Positions 1-13,164 are shown, counted from the whole stretch's first letter. The stretch: DNA of 63,468 nucleotides, filler included, from Neolecta irregularis DAH-3 (GCA_001929475.1; 8 parts of 8 records of this genome joined end to end with filler, not necessarily neighbours in it), one strand, 5' to 3'. Program-made: numbers and translations. The notes: generated from the sequence alone by a model not told the origin.

Positions 1-209
1 GAATAGCGTACAAGTTGTTTGAGGACTATATTCGCGTCCAGCACCTCTGCTGTAAACTAGGTGTGCATGATATTACTTGGGAATCCTACAGCGAATAAAG
101 AGCCAAGTTAAAATGTTGTGTTCGATGTCGAAGGGGAAACTGGGTTTAGGGTCCGAGCCGAGAGAGGCGGTGCAGGTAAGCCGGGTACCGTCGTAACAAA
201 GAGGTAGCC

Positions 210-332
210 CAGCGTTCCTAACCGACTGGACCAAATAGACCAAGTAGACCAGACCAGACTGGCATTAATTTCGGTCCAGACGGACCAGACCAAGGGTCTT
301 GGCCGGTCTGGTCCAGTCGGTTAAGAACGCTG
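210..332. mobile_element. MITE-like element with 23-bp terminal inverted repeats
   Basis: CAGCGTTCCTAACCGACTGGACC at 210-232 and GGTCCAGTCGGTTAAGAACGCTG at 310-332 (1 mismatch); internal GACCA repeats; no clear TSD. Confidence 0.7.
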
Positions 333-1061
333 GTCGTACTCGTGGGCAACTTTCTGTTTTTGGCCTCAACACACCACGGCCACCCACATAACAAGACCTG
401 CATCATTGCCCCGACTCAGATATCACTATCCCAAACCACTATCGCCTACAGCCATTATATTTTGTCTTCCTCCGGCCCCCCGCCCCTTACAGGCCCTGAG
501 CTCATCAACAAATTGGAAAGGGTGAGAGCCTCATCCTTCGATAGTCGTTACCCTGGAGTATCCCCGGTTATCGGGAGTATGCGGACACCTCAGGAGTCAC
601 TAGGTAGCTTTCAGGGGGTTGATGATTTACTGTTTCTCTTATATTGCTTATTCATCTCTCTGCCGACGTGGAGTAAAGCCTACTCCGAGGTATATAGCTA
701 CGTACTTTTCTGCTCTTCCAGACAGAGGAATATAACTCGCCCCCGTTTCTTTTCTACGCATCATCAAAGGCAGACAGAATTCAGGCATTTCAGACAGTAG
801 CAACCCTGCTTGTGTCAGGCCTAAAGGACCATCAAAACTAGGTTTTATTCACTAGTCTAAGCGATATGAACTTCTATATGGATATACCGCTACTACCCCC
901 ACTACGACTTTCGAGATTTTCTTCACTACTAAAGCCAACTTCAATTTGCCTCGCCTCTACAAGATTACCTTAACCAAGTACCTTTTCTCGTCTACTGTTT
1001 CTTCTTAACTATTAGCTATGTATATGAATTATTCAGTCTATCAGACCGTCCAGACCAACTT

Positions 1062-1154
1062 GACCTTTGGTCTGGTCCGTCTGGACCGAAATTAATGCCA
1101 GTTTGGTCTGGTCTACTTGGGCGGTCTGTTCGGTCCAGTCGGTTAGGAACGCTG
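1062..1154 (-). repeat. Inverted partial copy of the 210-332 element
   Basis: Near-identical reverse complement of 210-298, ending GGTCCAGTCGGTTAGGAACGCTG. Confidence 0.75.
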
Positions 1155-1816
1155 GATAGGAGCCATCAGGATAAAAGTTTAGTTTTGGGGGAGAGAAAGA
1201 CGGGTTTCAAGAGAGCATCTAAATGGAAAAGATAAAAAGAATATGTTTCTTTTTTAAGACTGGTATCGTCCCTTTTATACCACATGCTTTTCTAGGGTAC
1301 CAGGACTAACAGGTCCCACAGAGCAGGATTCTTGGCGAACACCTTCCAAGTTACTCCTATAATACTTGTATCTCAACAGATTTCAGGGTTTCCTCCATTT
1401 GTGATTTGCATTAGAATTCACTTCATCATTCAGACTTGTCATATGAGCTTTTCCAGAAAATGAAGGGCATTGTCTCGGTGAGAAATTGACTATTATTCTA
1501 GAGCATTGATATGTGAACCGTTACCAATTCTCGTAGTATCTTCTACCCGCCATATTGAGGCCAACCCTTGGTTTTACAAACATGGTTCAACATTGCCAAA
1601 GTCTTGTTATTTGTAGGCCAAATGCTGAATTCTGCTTTGATGATAAGGAAAAATGGTGCCGAACGGTTGGACTTGTGCAAATGTGTTGTTTCGGAAAGCT
1701 AATTTGTCGAAAAGCCAAATGAGGGAAGTTCTAATGTAATCAATGTCGACCTTTTAGAGATTCGATTCGGGCAAAAAGTAAATCTATCATTCGAATAACT
1801 AAGGATCAAGAAATAT

Positions 1817-3053
1817 CTATATCTCTCGTCTTTCAACTTCATACGCGAAATCAAAGTAAGATTTGTCGAATTGGTGAACTCTCACGTAGCCTAAGCGCAA
1901 TCAACCCATTCTTCTCATAAAAAGGTGACATACCATCTTCGCCACCGGAAGCGTAACCAATACCGTCAGGATGGACAGCAATCGTGTTCAATGGGCCAAA
2001 ATGTCCTTTAATTCTTCCAATCTCGTCTGAAAATATCTTATGATAAAAGCGGGCTTCGAATTTGCCTTGGCGGGCAAGTGTTGTTGTAACATCCCGGGCC
2101 TCCTGACCTCCCCCAACCACAATCTATATCTTAAGAAAATGAAGAGTAAAGAAAGGTACAAAGTCTTTGATAGGTGTAATTGCGGCTGTGTTAAGAGGAG
2201 TATCTGATAAATAAGTTTTAAGAACCTCGAGGGTGTCAGAATCGTAAATCTAGTTTATTAATGCAATGGGAAATGAAAAGTATGTACCATGGCAGTCTTA
2301 TCTTTGGAGGCGGTGATAAAGTAGGTTCTATCAGGAGAAAATTGGAGATCGGTGATTTCTTTTTCATGGCCCTGTACGTTGGATATTCGTTTACCGGCCT
2401 TCCAGTCCCATTTAGAGACACTGCCATCTTCGTGACCGGTAATTATAAAATCATCATCGTAGGACCAACCGGCCACAGTAGCTTTGGAGTCAACCGTATT
2501 CATCTCTATCAGAGGTTCTGACGCTTCTGTGCTTGTTAGTATGAATAAAATCTTCGAGACCGAACGTATAGCTTTGAGATCATTGACAATAGGTAGAATA
2601 ATGACACTTCCCGGGTATCCCATTCTTTGTTCAGTAATTCCCAGAAGCATTGAATCATCTGGCCTAAATTCAACTCGTTTAATGGCAGTTGGAAACTCCC
2701 ATTTGTCGATTTGTCGTCCTGTCTGAACTTCCCATAATCGAAGCGAATTGTCCGCTGAACCTGTTGCTGCGATAGTGGACGTAGAATTCACATGGATACT
2801 CCATATGGCCCCATTATGTCCACTATATGTACCCAGCCTCTCGCCATCTACAATGTTTGTGCGCCCTAATTTTGAAGGTGCGTACTGTGGTAAAACCAGA
2901 CATTGGCTACTGTATCTTTGGAAACAGAAAACAGAAGATCGCCATCTTTGTTGAATATAATTTGCGTCAGCGAACGTTCATGGCCTTGAAGCAGGATTGG
3001 TTTCTGGCAGACTATCAACGCAGTTCTGATTGAACGAATATGTTTTTTACCAT
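1817..3053 (-). CDS. TIF34: Translation initiation factor eIF3 subunit i (WD40), multi-exon
   Basis: Spliced: [31 protein letters not shown]...GHNGAIW...[12 protein letters not shown]...GHFGPLNT...[13 protein letters not shown]; short GT-AG introns. Confidence 0.95.
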
Positions 3054-3317
3054 TATATCACCCAGGTGAGAAGGTAACTTTTTGGTTTCAGATCACCAAC
3101 GAAGTGAACCATATTGCTGATAGATTATACATTAAATACCCATCCCTATACTGTTTTGGCACAAGGTTCCATAATATTTGCTACTCCAGTTGGTATATGT
3201 ATTTCCTGGGGTTTATCTGCTCAACCTTCAGTATCGAACGATACCCTGATAAATCCTGTTTCACGTGGATTTGTTCTAATCAGTGGCTACCTCTTTGTTA
3301 TCCACTCCCCTAAACCT

Positions 3318-5784
3318 ATGACCGAGGGGGATCCAACGGGTTTTCTAGTAGAGAGCCTGCCGGATTTCCATACAGACTTTGTAGACTCAGAGGGTGTTGT
3401 TGCTTCCATACAATGTAGTTAATGCATCATCAGGAATCGAGGCTTATCGGCGCGCAATTAGCGCACCCGAACACGAGGATGTCGAATTGATTAAGGCTCA
3501 TAACGACTGGAAACCTCTCAGAGAATCGATTACTCTCCGTCGCAAGAGATCCAGACGGTTCAAAGCAAAATCCAAAGCAAAAGATGAGATCAGAGAGGGC
3601 TGGACATATCATATTCTCCGATGGCCTGTACTAGTACGTTATTTTGAATAAGCGTGTTCTGATATCTGGTAGATTTTGGTATTCGGATGGATCTGGATTC
3701 TGGGGTAAAATCTCGCCACTAGACTCTATGCTTATCTGGGAGGCTGTTGTACTTTTTGGTTCGGTTCTACGTTAATATGGCTGAGTATTATTGGATATGG
3801 TGGGCGGATCTCTCTAAATGATAATCTTGATATCTAGGACGGGCATTCGGTATAGAATGAGAGAACGTCTTCGCGCAGCACGGACGTATCAAGAATGGAA
3901 AGATGCTGCTATGGAGCTTGATACTTATCTGGGCCACGATGAATGGAAAAAAACGCCTGGATTCGCATATTATGACCATTCTTTAATCAGAAAAGTGCTA
4001 AAGACATTGCAAAGTGCAAGGCAAAATCAAGATATTGATCTCCTGAAAAGTACCCTTCAAGCTTGCGTGAAAGCCAATTTTGGTGTGCTTGACTCTTCAA
4101 CTGTATTTTGATCCATAGGTGGTATTGAAAGTGCTCGTCTGTACAGTCAAACATATTATGGAACAAAGGATTTGGTAGCGAAATACATCGACGAAGGTAG
4201 TATCCTATTAGCAATCACATCACTTCTAACCTCTAGTTGAGCACTGCCTTCGGATTTTGATCGATACTCGCAATATTTCAAAAGAAGAGAAACGCGGAAT
4301 TTTTCGGGCTTTTGCTCATAATTATGGGCGAACCGCACTTTGTCTATCTGGTGGTGCAAGTTATTCATTCTATCATCTCGGACTAGTCAAGGCTCTTCTC
4401 GATGCAAAACTCCTCCCAAATGTATTCACCCCTAATTTCTTTACCTAAATATTCAGGTCATTACAGGGACTTCTGGCGGGAGCCTCATCGCCGCATTGAT
4501 TTGCATTTGGCCCGACAAAGAACAAGAATCTCTCTTGATCCCTGCGCTCGCACAAAAGTTAACCGCTTTCGAAGAATCTTTCAAAGTTTATATTCCTCGC
4601 TGGTACAAGACAGGTGCTCGTTTCGATCCAGTCAACTGGGCAAAGAAATGTTCTTGGTTTACACAAGGAAATACTACCTTCAAAGAGGCCTATGAACGAA
4701 CAGGACGAATATTGAATGTCAGCATCGTTCCCAATGAAACCCATTCTCCAAGCAAGCTGGTTAATTACATCACTGCCCCTGATTGTGTTATTTGGAGTAG
4801 TCTTATAGCAAGCGCTGCTGTACCCGGAATCATTCCTCCCGTGACCCTCATGATGAAACGGAAGGACGGGTCTTTGACACCGTATAACTTCGGCAATAAA
4901 TGGAAAGATGGGAGCTTGAGAACAGACATTCCAATCCAGAGTTTAAATATGGTAATCTCTCGTTTAGATTCAACGTTGACGACTCTAGCATTTCAATGTC
5001 AATTTTACAATTGTCAGTCAGGTCAATCCTCATGTTTCGTTGTTCTTCTTTTCTTCCAGAGGGTATGTTCATGGTAATCGGGTGTCACTTTAATCGCACA
5101 GCGCTGTCGGTAGACCAGTAAGCCATAGAAGAGGAAAAGGATGGCGAGGTGGTTTTCTTGGTATTTCAAATCGAGAACCCGGTGCTTATGTTCTTCAGGT
5201 TCCGCACTCGAGCAGTACATTAAACTTGATCTAAATAAATGGCTTCGTGTTTTACGAGATTTGGAGTTACTACCAAAGCCCGCTGGAAGTGATTATAGCA
5301 ACATCTGGCTCCAAAAGTTCGAGGGAAATGTCACGATCTGGCCAAGGACGAGACTCTCAGATCTCTGGTATCATCACTTTCTAAATGTCGGCTAATAACA
5401 AGGCATATCCTAGATGACCCCTCGCCCGAACGCCTCGCTCACATGCTTTGGGGAGGGCAGCGAGTCACCTTTCCGAAACTCCTCTTTATATCTCATCGTC
5501 TCCGTATTGAACGTCTCATTGAAAAAGGACGAGCATTATCTCGTCAAAAGCAACCTGGACACGAATTGCCTCAAGGGACGGTTCTTTCCGGAGATGAAGT
5601 TGAACAATCTCTTGCAAATCGAATACCTAAACGGCCCAAAAAATCAGTATTTAGTAGACCGAATCTACGAGAGAGTAAGAGTGGAGACAATATGGATTTG
5701 GCATGGAGTTCGGAGGAGCAGAGTAGTGAAAACGAGGCTGATGAATTCACCGATGCCACTGATGGATCTGATTATGGATCATGA
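3318..5784 (+). CDS. Patatin-like triacylglycerol lipase (TGL3/4-like), multi-exon
   Basis: GRTALCLSGGA, GTSGG nucleophile motif, SAAVPG, WKDGSLRTDIP, HFNVNFTIVSQVNPH. Confidence 0.9.
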
Positions 5785-5820
5785 TATGTATGCGTGCAGC
5801 CGGGCCCATTAGAAAATGGA

Positions 5821-6342
5821 TCAGGAGGAGGCAACATTTTGATTAGCATTCTTCTCTTTAAACTTGACAATTAAATTTTTCGCTTCTTCCCAGTATCGCT
5901 GCTGGATTTTGACATATGGGTCAATGGGTATTTTAGTTATTGGTCTGGGCTGGATTTTCGACTTCTGAAGGTTTATGATTTGTTGTGATAGGCCAACTGA
6001 GATATCCTGTGTCTTAGTTGGCTAAAAGAGAGAACAGACTTCGAGGAGATTCATATAACTTTCTGAATGTTGTTCAAATTTGGATTTTCTTAACTCGGTT
6101 GTTTCGTTTGCCAATTGTTTCGACTGTAGCATTTGAATTGCTAGACTTGCGTAATTCAGCAGTTCCGGTATTTTCTCAAGTTCATTAGCTCGTTCATTTT
6201 TGCATTTCGAAGGTACTTTTTCGATTTCCATTACTAATTTGATTTGCTCAATGTTATCAGGTTTCGGAAAATCTATTTCAATTTCATCATTCTCAGCTTC
6301 TTCAGACGTTGATATTTCGATTAATGGCTCGTCATGGTCCAT
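5821..6342 (-). CDS. Hypothetical protein with acidic N-terminus, 2 exons
   Basis: ORF 6342-6040, 33-nt GT-AG intron with CTAA branch motif, second exon open to TGA at 5821-5823. Confidence 0.55.
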
Positions 6343-6411
6343 ATCGCTTGCTTCAGGCTGTTGATCGGAGGTCGAGTTCCACTTTCAAAATTTCAACGTC
6401 ATGTCTGATCT

Positions 6412-7043
6412 ATGCCCCTGTTTTCCACAGAGCGATTGTCGAATGAAGTATTCTCGACAACAGGCAATTTTGTCATAGAATATTCGGATGATGTTCCATC
6501 GTTATGGGTGAATCAAGGAAGTGCCAGAAAGATACCGAAAGTGGTCGAAATGGAAAATCGATATCATCTTAGTCCGAGCAAAAGATACGCTAGCTGTAAT
6601 TCGAATTTGTTCAGTTGTCGACCTAGAGAGTTCGAAAAGGTCTGTGGGCAAACGATATTTCGCTTAATGGTCATGGAGCGGCATCCGTTTTCTACGCAGA
6701 CATTCATACCCCTAGGAAGATCCAAAAATATTGATGCTATGATTGTTATTGTAGCCAATGATAAAGGTATCCCCCATTGAAGCTCAAAATTTGAATCATT
6801 TGATGGGAAACCAGATGTTGAGAGTATACGAGTATTCGTTGGTAAAGGAGATCAAGGGGTTATGTATGGAGTGAATCAATGGCATGCTCCAATGATAGCT
6901 TTGGACGAGGTATTGGTGCCTCCAGGTTCTGAACTGATGCAAAGACTACAACTTTCTCTGTTGTTAATTGGGAGAATGGAGTGGCGGCAGAAGATTGTGT
7001 TGAACACTGGTTCGACGAAGATTTACGAATTTGCATCAGTTAA
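6412..7043 (+). CDS. DAL3: Ureidoglycolate lyase (allantoin catabolism)
   Basis: VNQGSA, MERHPFSTQTFIPLG, GDQGVMYGVNQWHAPMI, WENGVAAEDC; two introns. Confidence 0.9.
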
Positions 7044-7836
7044 TTCCAGACTATTGATGCCGCAACAACTAGATTTATGAGATTTCTATTTTTTCGGCAC
7101 GAAGTCTATGTAGTCTTGCCAAGCCATTCAGGTTTAGTCTTCGCCCTGTGATATGCGAGGATGCATTACGGGGCACGAAGCCCTGTTTATCTTGTTCCAG
7201 GCTGTAGGTTTGAGATTGATAGATTGAAACAGTAGATGAGCTCGAATCGAAAGGTCAACAAATTGCCACTCGAAATCCAACAACTTATTTGGGATTTTAA
7301 ATAATATAATAAGAGTATGGTTGCAACAAAATGTGGTTAAAATGAGTGGCGCTATATGCATGAAAGGTACTCGAGGCCTAAAAAGGGTCAGGCTTATGAT
7401 GTTGCCCCAGATTTTCTCACCCGCGATACAAAGTAAATCGCTTCAACCATTTACAGGAGAGGCGCCAAGCAATAGTTAAGTAACTAGTTCATATAAATCT
7501 ACTATCGGCTCTGGTTGTAATAGCAAGCAAAGACTGCATAAGGAGGTCATTTTCGCTAGAACTTTTAACCAGAGCGGATCAGGGAAGGACTACGGACAAA
7601 CGACATTCACCAATGCGGATCAGACAGGACAACGCTCATCGTTCCTCCCTGGGCCCATTATTTAATAGTTTTGTCGATATATCGGACTCTCCGTCAAGAT
7701 AGATGTATAGAATAGTGGTCCAAGTAGAGTTGTCGTCATCCACTCTGAAACGTTCTCAGGATCAACACATCTAATTTTCCCCCGAAATCAGTGGTACCTG
7801 CTAAACGTCGAGCCTGACGGATAAGAGGCAGGCATA

Positions 7837-9279
7837 ATGGACGGTCTGTCGAAAAAAATGAAGCCTAAAGTCACCGTCACAAGTCCCACGAATCTTGATC
7901 TTGAGCAGTACATTCAGAATTATACGGGTATGGTGTCCTTCTCCTTCTCGTGGAATTGTGACTGATAAATCCCCTCAGGAAGGACGCGAATCACTCGCTT
8001 GCTGTTCATTGAAGAAGCTTGCCCATCACTGAGGCCAGAAGCGCTAACGTTGGTCGTTGAATTGATCAAAGCCGATACATACGACGTCATCCTCTACAAA
8101 TCATGTATCGCAAAACTCCAATCACTCGATCCATCTGTCCAGTGCGATCATAAGTGGGTGGATGAAACATCTCGTTATGTCAGAAACCAGACTGAAAAAT
8201 TGGAAGCAGAGCTGAAGCAATACAAAACCAACCTCATTAAAGAAAGCATTCGGGTAAGATTCATTGTTCTTGTAATTTAAACAATAGATTGCGAATCTCG
8301 AACTCGGTGACTTTTACTACAAATGCGGAGATTTAGATGCTTCAATTCGCTCTTATAATCGGTCGAGGGATTACTGTTCGTCAACGCAGCAACAGGTCGA
8401 TCTCGCAATGAAACTTATTGTTGCGTACGCAGAACTTCACAATATGACATCAATATCAACGAGTTCAGGCAAAGTCATTGCATCAATTGAAGAGGAGCAG
8501 AAATCTATATTAGAACCTAAAATGAAAGCCGCTGTTGCTATTGTCTATCTGGATGGAGGGAGATATAAGGACGCTGCAGATTCGTTTTTAAGTTTACCGC
8601 CGGATTTGAAATATGATGAAGCATACTCTAGTAGGAAATCTGAATTGACTATATAGATCATTTCCTCTAACGACGTTGCCATTTATGGTACACTTTGCGC
8701 TCTCGCTACATTCGATAGAAAAGAACTCAAAGACAGAGTCATCAATAATACAGACGTTCGGACCTTTCTCGAATTAGAACCATATACCAAAGAATTGATT
8801 CAATCTTTCTATAATGCAAAGTATAGCGTTTGTTTCGATATCCTGAGAAGATATAAACCCGACTTTCTTCTCGATATCTACCTATCTGAACATGTCGAAA
8901 AATTATACAATGAAATCAAAGAAAGGGCAGTCACACAGTATTTCCAGCCATTTACAAGTGTAAGCATGGAGAAAATGGCTGAAGCCTTTGGATGGACTTA
9001 TAGCGAGATTTTTGCGTTAGTAAAAAAATTGGTTCAAGATGGCAAAATGGAAGCAAGAATTGACACAGTGAACAAAGCATGTCATCACGTCGCTTTATGC
9101 TAATATTATAGATACTGGTTTCGAAAATCAAAGATGATCGAACAAAATTGTACGAACAGACCAATGCACTAAAAGAACGGTTCGAGGAGGATTCGAGGGT
9201 TATCTTGATGAATGTCAATATTGTGAGGGCAGGACTGGAAGTGAAAGCACCGCAAACACCGCAAGCTGCTCAGAATTGA
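7837..9279 (+). CDS. CSN1: COP9 signalosome subunit 1 (PCI domain), multi-exon
   Basis: LDLEQYIQNYTG, KLEAELKQYKTNLIKESIR, SRDYC, NDVAIYGTLCALATFDRKELK, FLELEP, LLDIYL, ARID. Confidence 0.92.
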
Positions 9280-9925
9280 CATTTCGATTAATACAATTGG
9301 AAAAATATATGGTATACGTGCTTGCGGTATTAGTTCGTATATTCACCAATTGATCGATCATTCAGCACTTGATGTTTTCCATATGTCCGATTAGTCCGGC
9401 GTCCTTTTTCGACGTCAGGTCTCGGAAACAAGTTTGTAATGAAAATATTGTTGTTGTCTGACAACCCGTCTAAATCATTGGGAATAACAGCATATTCAGA
9501 GGTGCATTATCTAGGTTAGAACATTAAAAAATGGACCGTTCAGTTCCACTCTTTGTCCATTTCTTGGCAAAATTGAGATGTCTGTTAGGGTTTCGCGTTA
9601 ACAAAGCCGCAAGTCAGCACTCATCTCCAACTCTTTCTCTTTGCAATCATTGACATGCAGAGAAGAAAAATTATATTTTTCTTCTGAGCTTTGTGGCGAG
9701 TAAAGCAGCAACTGGTTCGTTTTATATGACCGTCATTTTTTCCATGATTTTGAGGCCAACAAATTAATTGTACCCAATGCGATATTTGCATGTTCGAACG
9801 TGAAAACTAGTTACAATATGAGTTCAGGAAACTACTTGCACAAATAGAAGGGAATCGGTGAGATAACCGCCAAAACAAATCGTGATCACAAAACAGAAAC
9901 ATCAACAACCACCATTTACCTACAA

Positions 9926-12477
9926 ATGGACGAGACGACTCGATATCTCGAAAATACGCTTACCCTCAGAGAATTGGCAACCCCCTATTTCGCTGTTCTT
10001 AAACGCAAGGATGTGGAGGAATCAGATCAACCAAAGGCAAAACGCCAGCGCACAGAGCTGTCGATACCGACAAACGGCCTCAAAAGCAGGCCTAAGCGGG
10101 TACAGAGACAGCCAGGAAAAGAAAATCGGGGCGTGAAAATAGTTAAGGAGACATGTATGGCCATTAGTGTTTTGAGCTATCTGTTGAATCCAAGTCTCTG
10201 GTATCCGAATGTCCAAAATTCGGTCAAATACTCCTGTTCGACAACCTCCTCGACAACCGCTATTAGCAAAACCTGGATTTCAATCAATTCGTGCACCCAT
10301 ACTTGTGAAACCACGTTTGCATCCTATTGTCCCCCCAACACATCCCTATGTTGATCAACAACTTGCAACAATTCGAGCCTTGCTACCTAAGCCGCCGCCC
10401 CCGCCGACGAAAAAATATGAAGAGAACCCGGTATTGCCATATGTTACCCGTCCGGACTTGTACGATTCTTCATGGCTATCACAACAAGAAATAGTCTTTA
10501 CACAACTCATAAATAGCACATTCGAAAAGGCAAACCTAAACGTCTCGACTCAAGTCCACACAAAAGACGATGCAAATCTTCTTCGAAAACTGACATTCGC
10601 AATCTTTCAAAGTGAATGTGTAGATATATCACAAAAGATTGCAGCGGTATCCCACTCCGCCGCCGAAATTTAAGGTTAACGAGAACAGACTTTGGAGAAT
10701 TCGACATTGAGAGCAAAGAGGGATGTCGATTTACGTTTGGACATCGGCCTATTTCGGAAATTTGCCGACTTGTGTTTATGTTATCGGACAGAATGGTTAG
10801 CGTTGGGTTTAGAAGTTGTCACCGGCCGTCAAACGACACAATTATTAAACGCTCAACCCTCACAGTTGGAATCATTCATCTTTCAGGTATCCTTTCTTTT
10901 CACAGTTTGTGGAGCTTTTAGACTGACAGATCAAGTTTGTTGTGAATAGTCCTAGTTTTATCAAAGATTCTGATTCACCGGAACTTGTCACCCGCTTTAC
11001 TATTTCGCGGTTTGTTTTACTTGTCCTTGTACTTGACATCGCAAAGCGTCGAAACATCATCAAAGGATGCCTGTTCACTATTGTAATAACTTATCTTCAT
11101 CTACGATTACTAATCACCTAGTCATCGCCATGTAAAACCTCAATCAACATCCTTGAACGGTTCTCCAACATTTTTCTCTGCGGCGAGAGAGAAATCGGGA
11201 GACGGTTGGCTCATATGGATTATCACGTCGACTACATACAGACCCCTCTGGACGAATACGAATACCGCGTACGTAACTTGGCAGTTGATCTCCGCGATGG
11301 TGTCCGTATAGCGAAACTTATTGAGCTTCTAAAAGGGGAAAAATCACTTTTTCCCGTATGTTAAAACATATCACTGTGTAGGACTGAATTTTTCAAGGAA
11401 CTACAATACCCGGCAAATTCCAAAGCCCAGAAATTACACAATGTTGCAATGGTACTGTCCTACCTCCGCCATCGTTCAATTCCCCTTCTCACAAAAGACA
11501 AACAGGCTGTTCTTCCCGAAGATATCGTGCTAGGTCATCGTGAGAAATCTATGACGGTGTTATGGAAAATTATTTCAACCTGGAATTTACACAGCCTCCT
11601 GCATACTGTTCCCATTAACAATGAGATTCAACGTCTTGAGAAACAGATTGTTCAGGATGGAGTGGAGATTCCCCAAGATTATATGGACGGGTTAGATGAA
11701 GCAGAGGTTTTATTGTTCAAGTGGGCTTTTGCGATTTGCACCATCAATGCAATTCCCATGGAAAATCTTACCACTTCACTAACAGATGGGAGAGTCTTCA
11801 CTGCCATATTACAGTATTACATCTCTCCAACTACTGGTCTCTACAAATCGGCTCTCTCTGCTCTTCCTCGCTCATCGCCCTCTGAATCGCTGAAATCATT
11901 GTCAGAAAAACTAGGCCTTTCGTCATTGCTATCCAATCTGGGCTTTTTCAAAGATCATTCATTACAGTTCCTCGATAAAAATTGTGCAGTAGTGTGTTTG
12001 GCAATCCTCGCTTCGTCTCTCCTCCTGTTCTCAAAGTCATCACAGGCTGCTTTTACAATCCAACGAGCCTGGAACTGCCATCTTTTCCAGAAGAAGATAA
12101 AGGCCGCATGTGACGGGTACCCCGGATTTTGGCTTGCAAAAAAAGAGCGAGAAGAAAGAGAGATCCGCGAGTATAACGCAGAGATAAGGACACGTAAAGC
12201 GGTGAATATACAGCGAGTATGGAGAGGCTTTGTTGCTCGTCGACATTTTTCTAGCTTGAAACAAGTGGTATCTAAGATTTCGCGGCGTTATCGAGTCCAT
12301 CCAGATCGCGTGCACTTCTTAAACCTAAAACGTGCGGTTGGTGTGATTGAACAGCAATGGCGAGCCAAGTCGAACGAACGCAGGAAACAGAGGGGGTTTC
12401 TGGACATGAGAAAATGGGTTATGGCATTTCAAGCGCGGGCTTTAGGATATCTGGCAAGGCGGCGTACTCACATTTAG
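9926..12477 (+). CDS. ASPM/abnormal-spindle-like protein (CH domains plus IQ motifs); ends next to a gap
   Basis: WLALGLEVVTG, YIQTPLDEYEYRVRNLAVDLRDGVRIAKLIELL, QKLHNV, EDIVLGHREKS..LWKI, NLTTSLTDGRV, IQRAW, IQRVWRG, FQARALGYLARR. Confidence 0.85.
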
Positions 12478-12481
12478 ATTA

Positions 12482-12581
12482 NNNNNNNNNNNNNNNNNNN
12501 NNNNNNNNNNNNNNNNNNNNNNNNNTTAATTAATTAANNNNNNNNNNNNNNNNNNNNNNNNNNNNNNNNNNNNNNNNNNNN
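12482..12581. other. Scaffold gap with artificial all-frame-stop linker (also 29846-29945, 33345-33444, 35595-35694, 38197-38296, 39965-40064, 60400-60499)
   Basis: The same N-run, TTAATTAATTAA, N-run 100-nt block occurs seven times. Confidence 0.97.
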
Positions 12582-13164
12582 GTCGATGCCACTTGCTGTA
12601 CGATGACAGTCGTTCTTGCCAGAATACACACGAAAAAAGAGAAGGGAAAGAGCAGACTAGTCTGTGGTAAAAGATTGATTTCTTTCAATTCGAGGGTCAA
12701 TTTTGTTTACTAGCAATGCCAACGATATTCTGACCATTGCAACGAATCAACGATGCCACAGCGGCCAGATTTGTTCAACGACTGGCCCAATCTGGCCACG
12801 CCAGAGTTCATAGCCCTGGACGTGGCTCACATCGCTCTAGTATGCAAATAATAGAAATTAGACGAAGAAATATTATTGGAGACTGCTCTATTTCCTTGAG
12901 CTGGGAGGTGTGCAGATCCTTGGTCAAACACAGGACTTCGTGCAGACCAAATTCCATAATTCAGTGCAGTTGTCACCCGATACCGTCGGATCAGTTATTT
13001 TTTGGGCCGTATGTCATCTATAACAAAATGACATTGCAAATTTTGAGATAATCTGGAAAAGTTTAGCATTTCCAATTTCTATTTAATGCTATAAAATCTG
13101 CCAAGACTTGTAATATTTCACAAATCCGAGCTCATATGGTTTTATCTGGTTCGGTTGACTGATA

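Noticed and set aside
1-198. Possible LTR 3' end (AATAAA, then ...GTCGTAACA)
   Set aside because: Window edge; no partner LTR or PBS visible
12526-12537. Recurrent TTAATTAATTAA palindrome between N runs
   Set aside because: Artificial scaffolding linker with stops in all six frames
12582-13051. Possible gene fragment or ASPM continuation after the gap
   Set aside because: No consistent spliced frame or recognisable motif could be built
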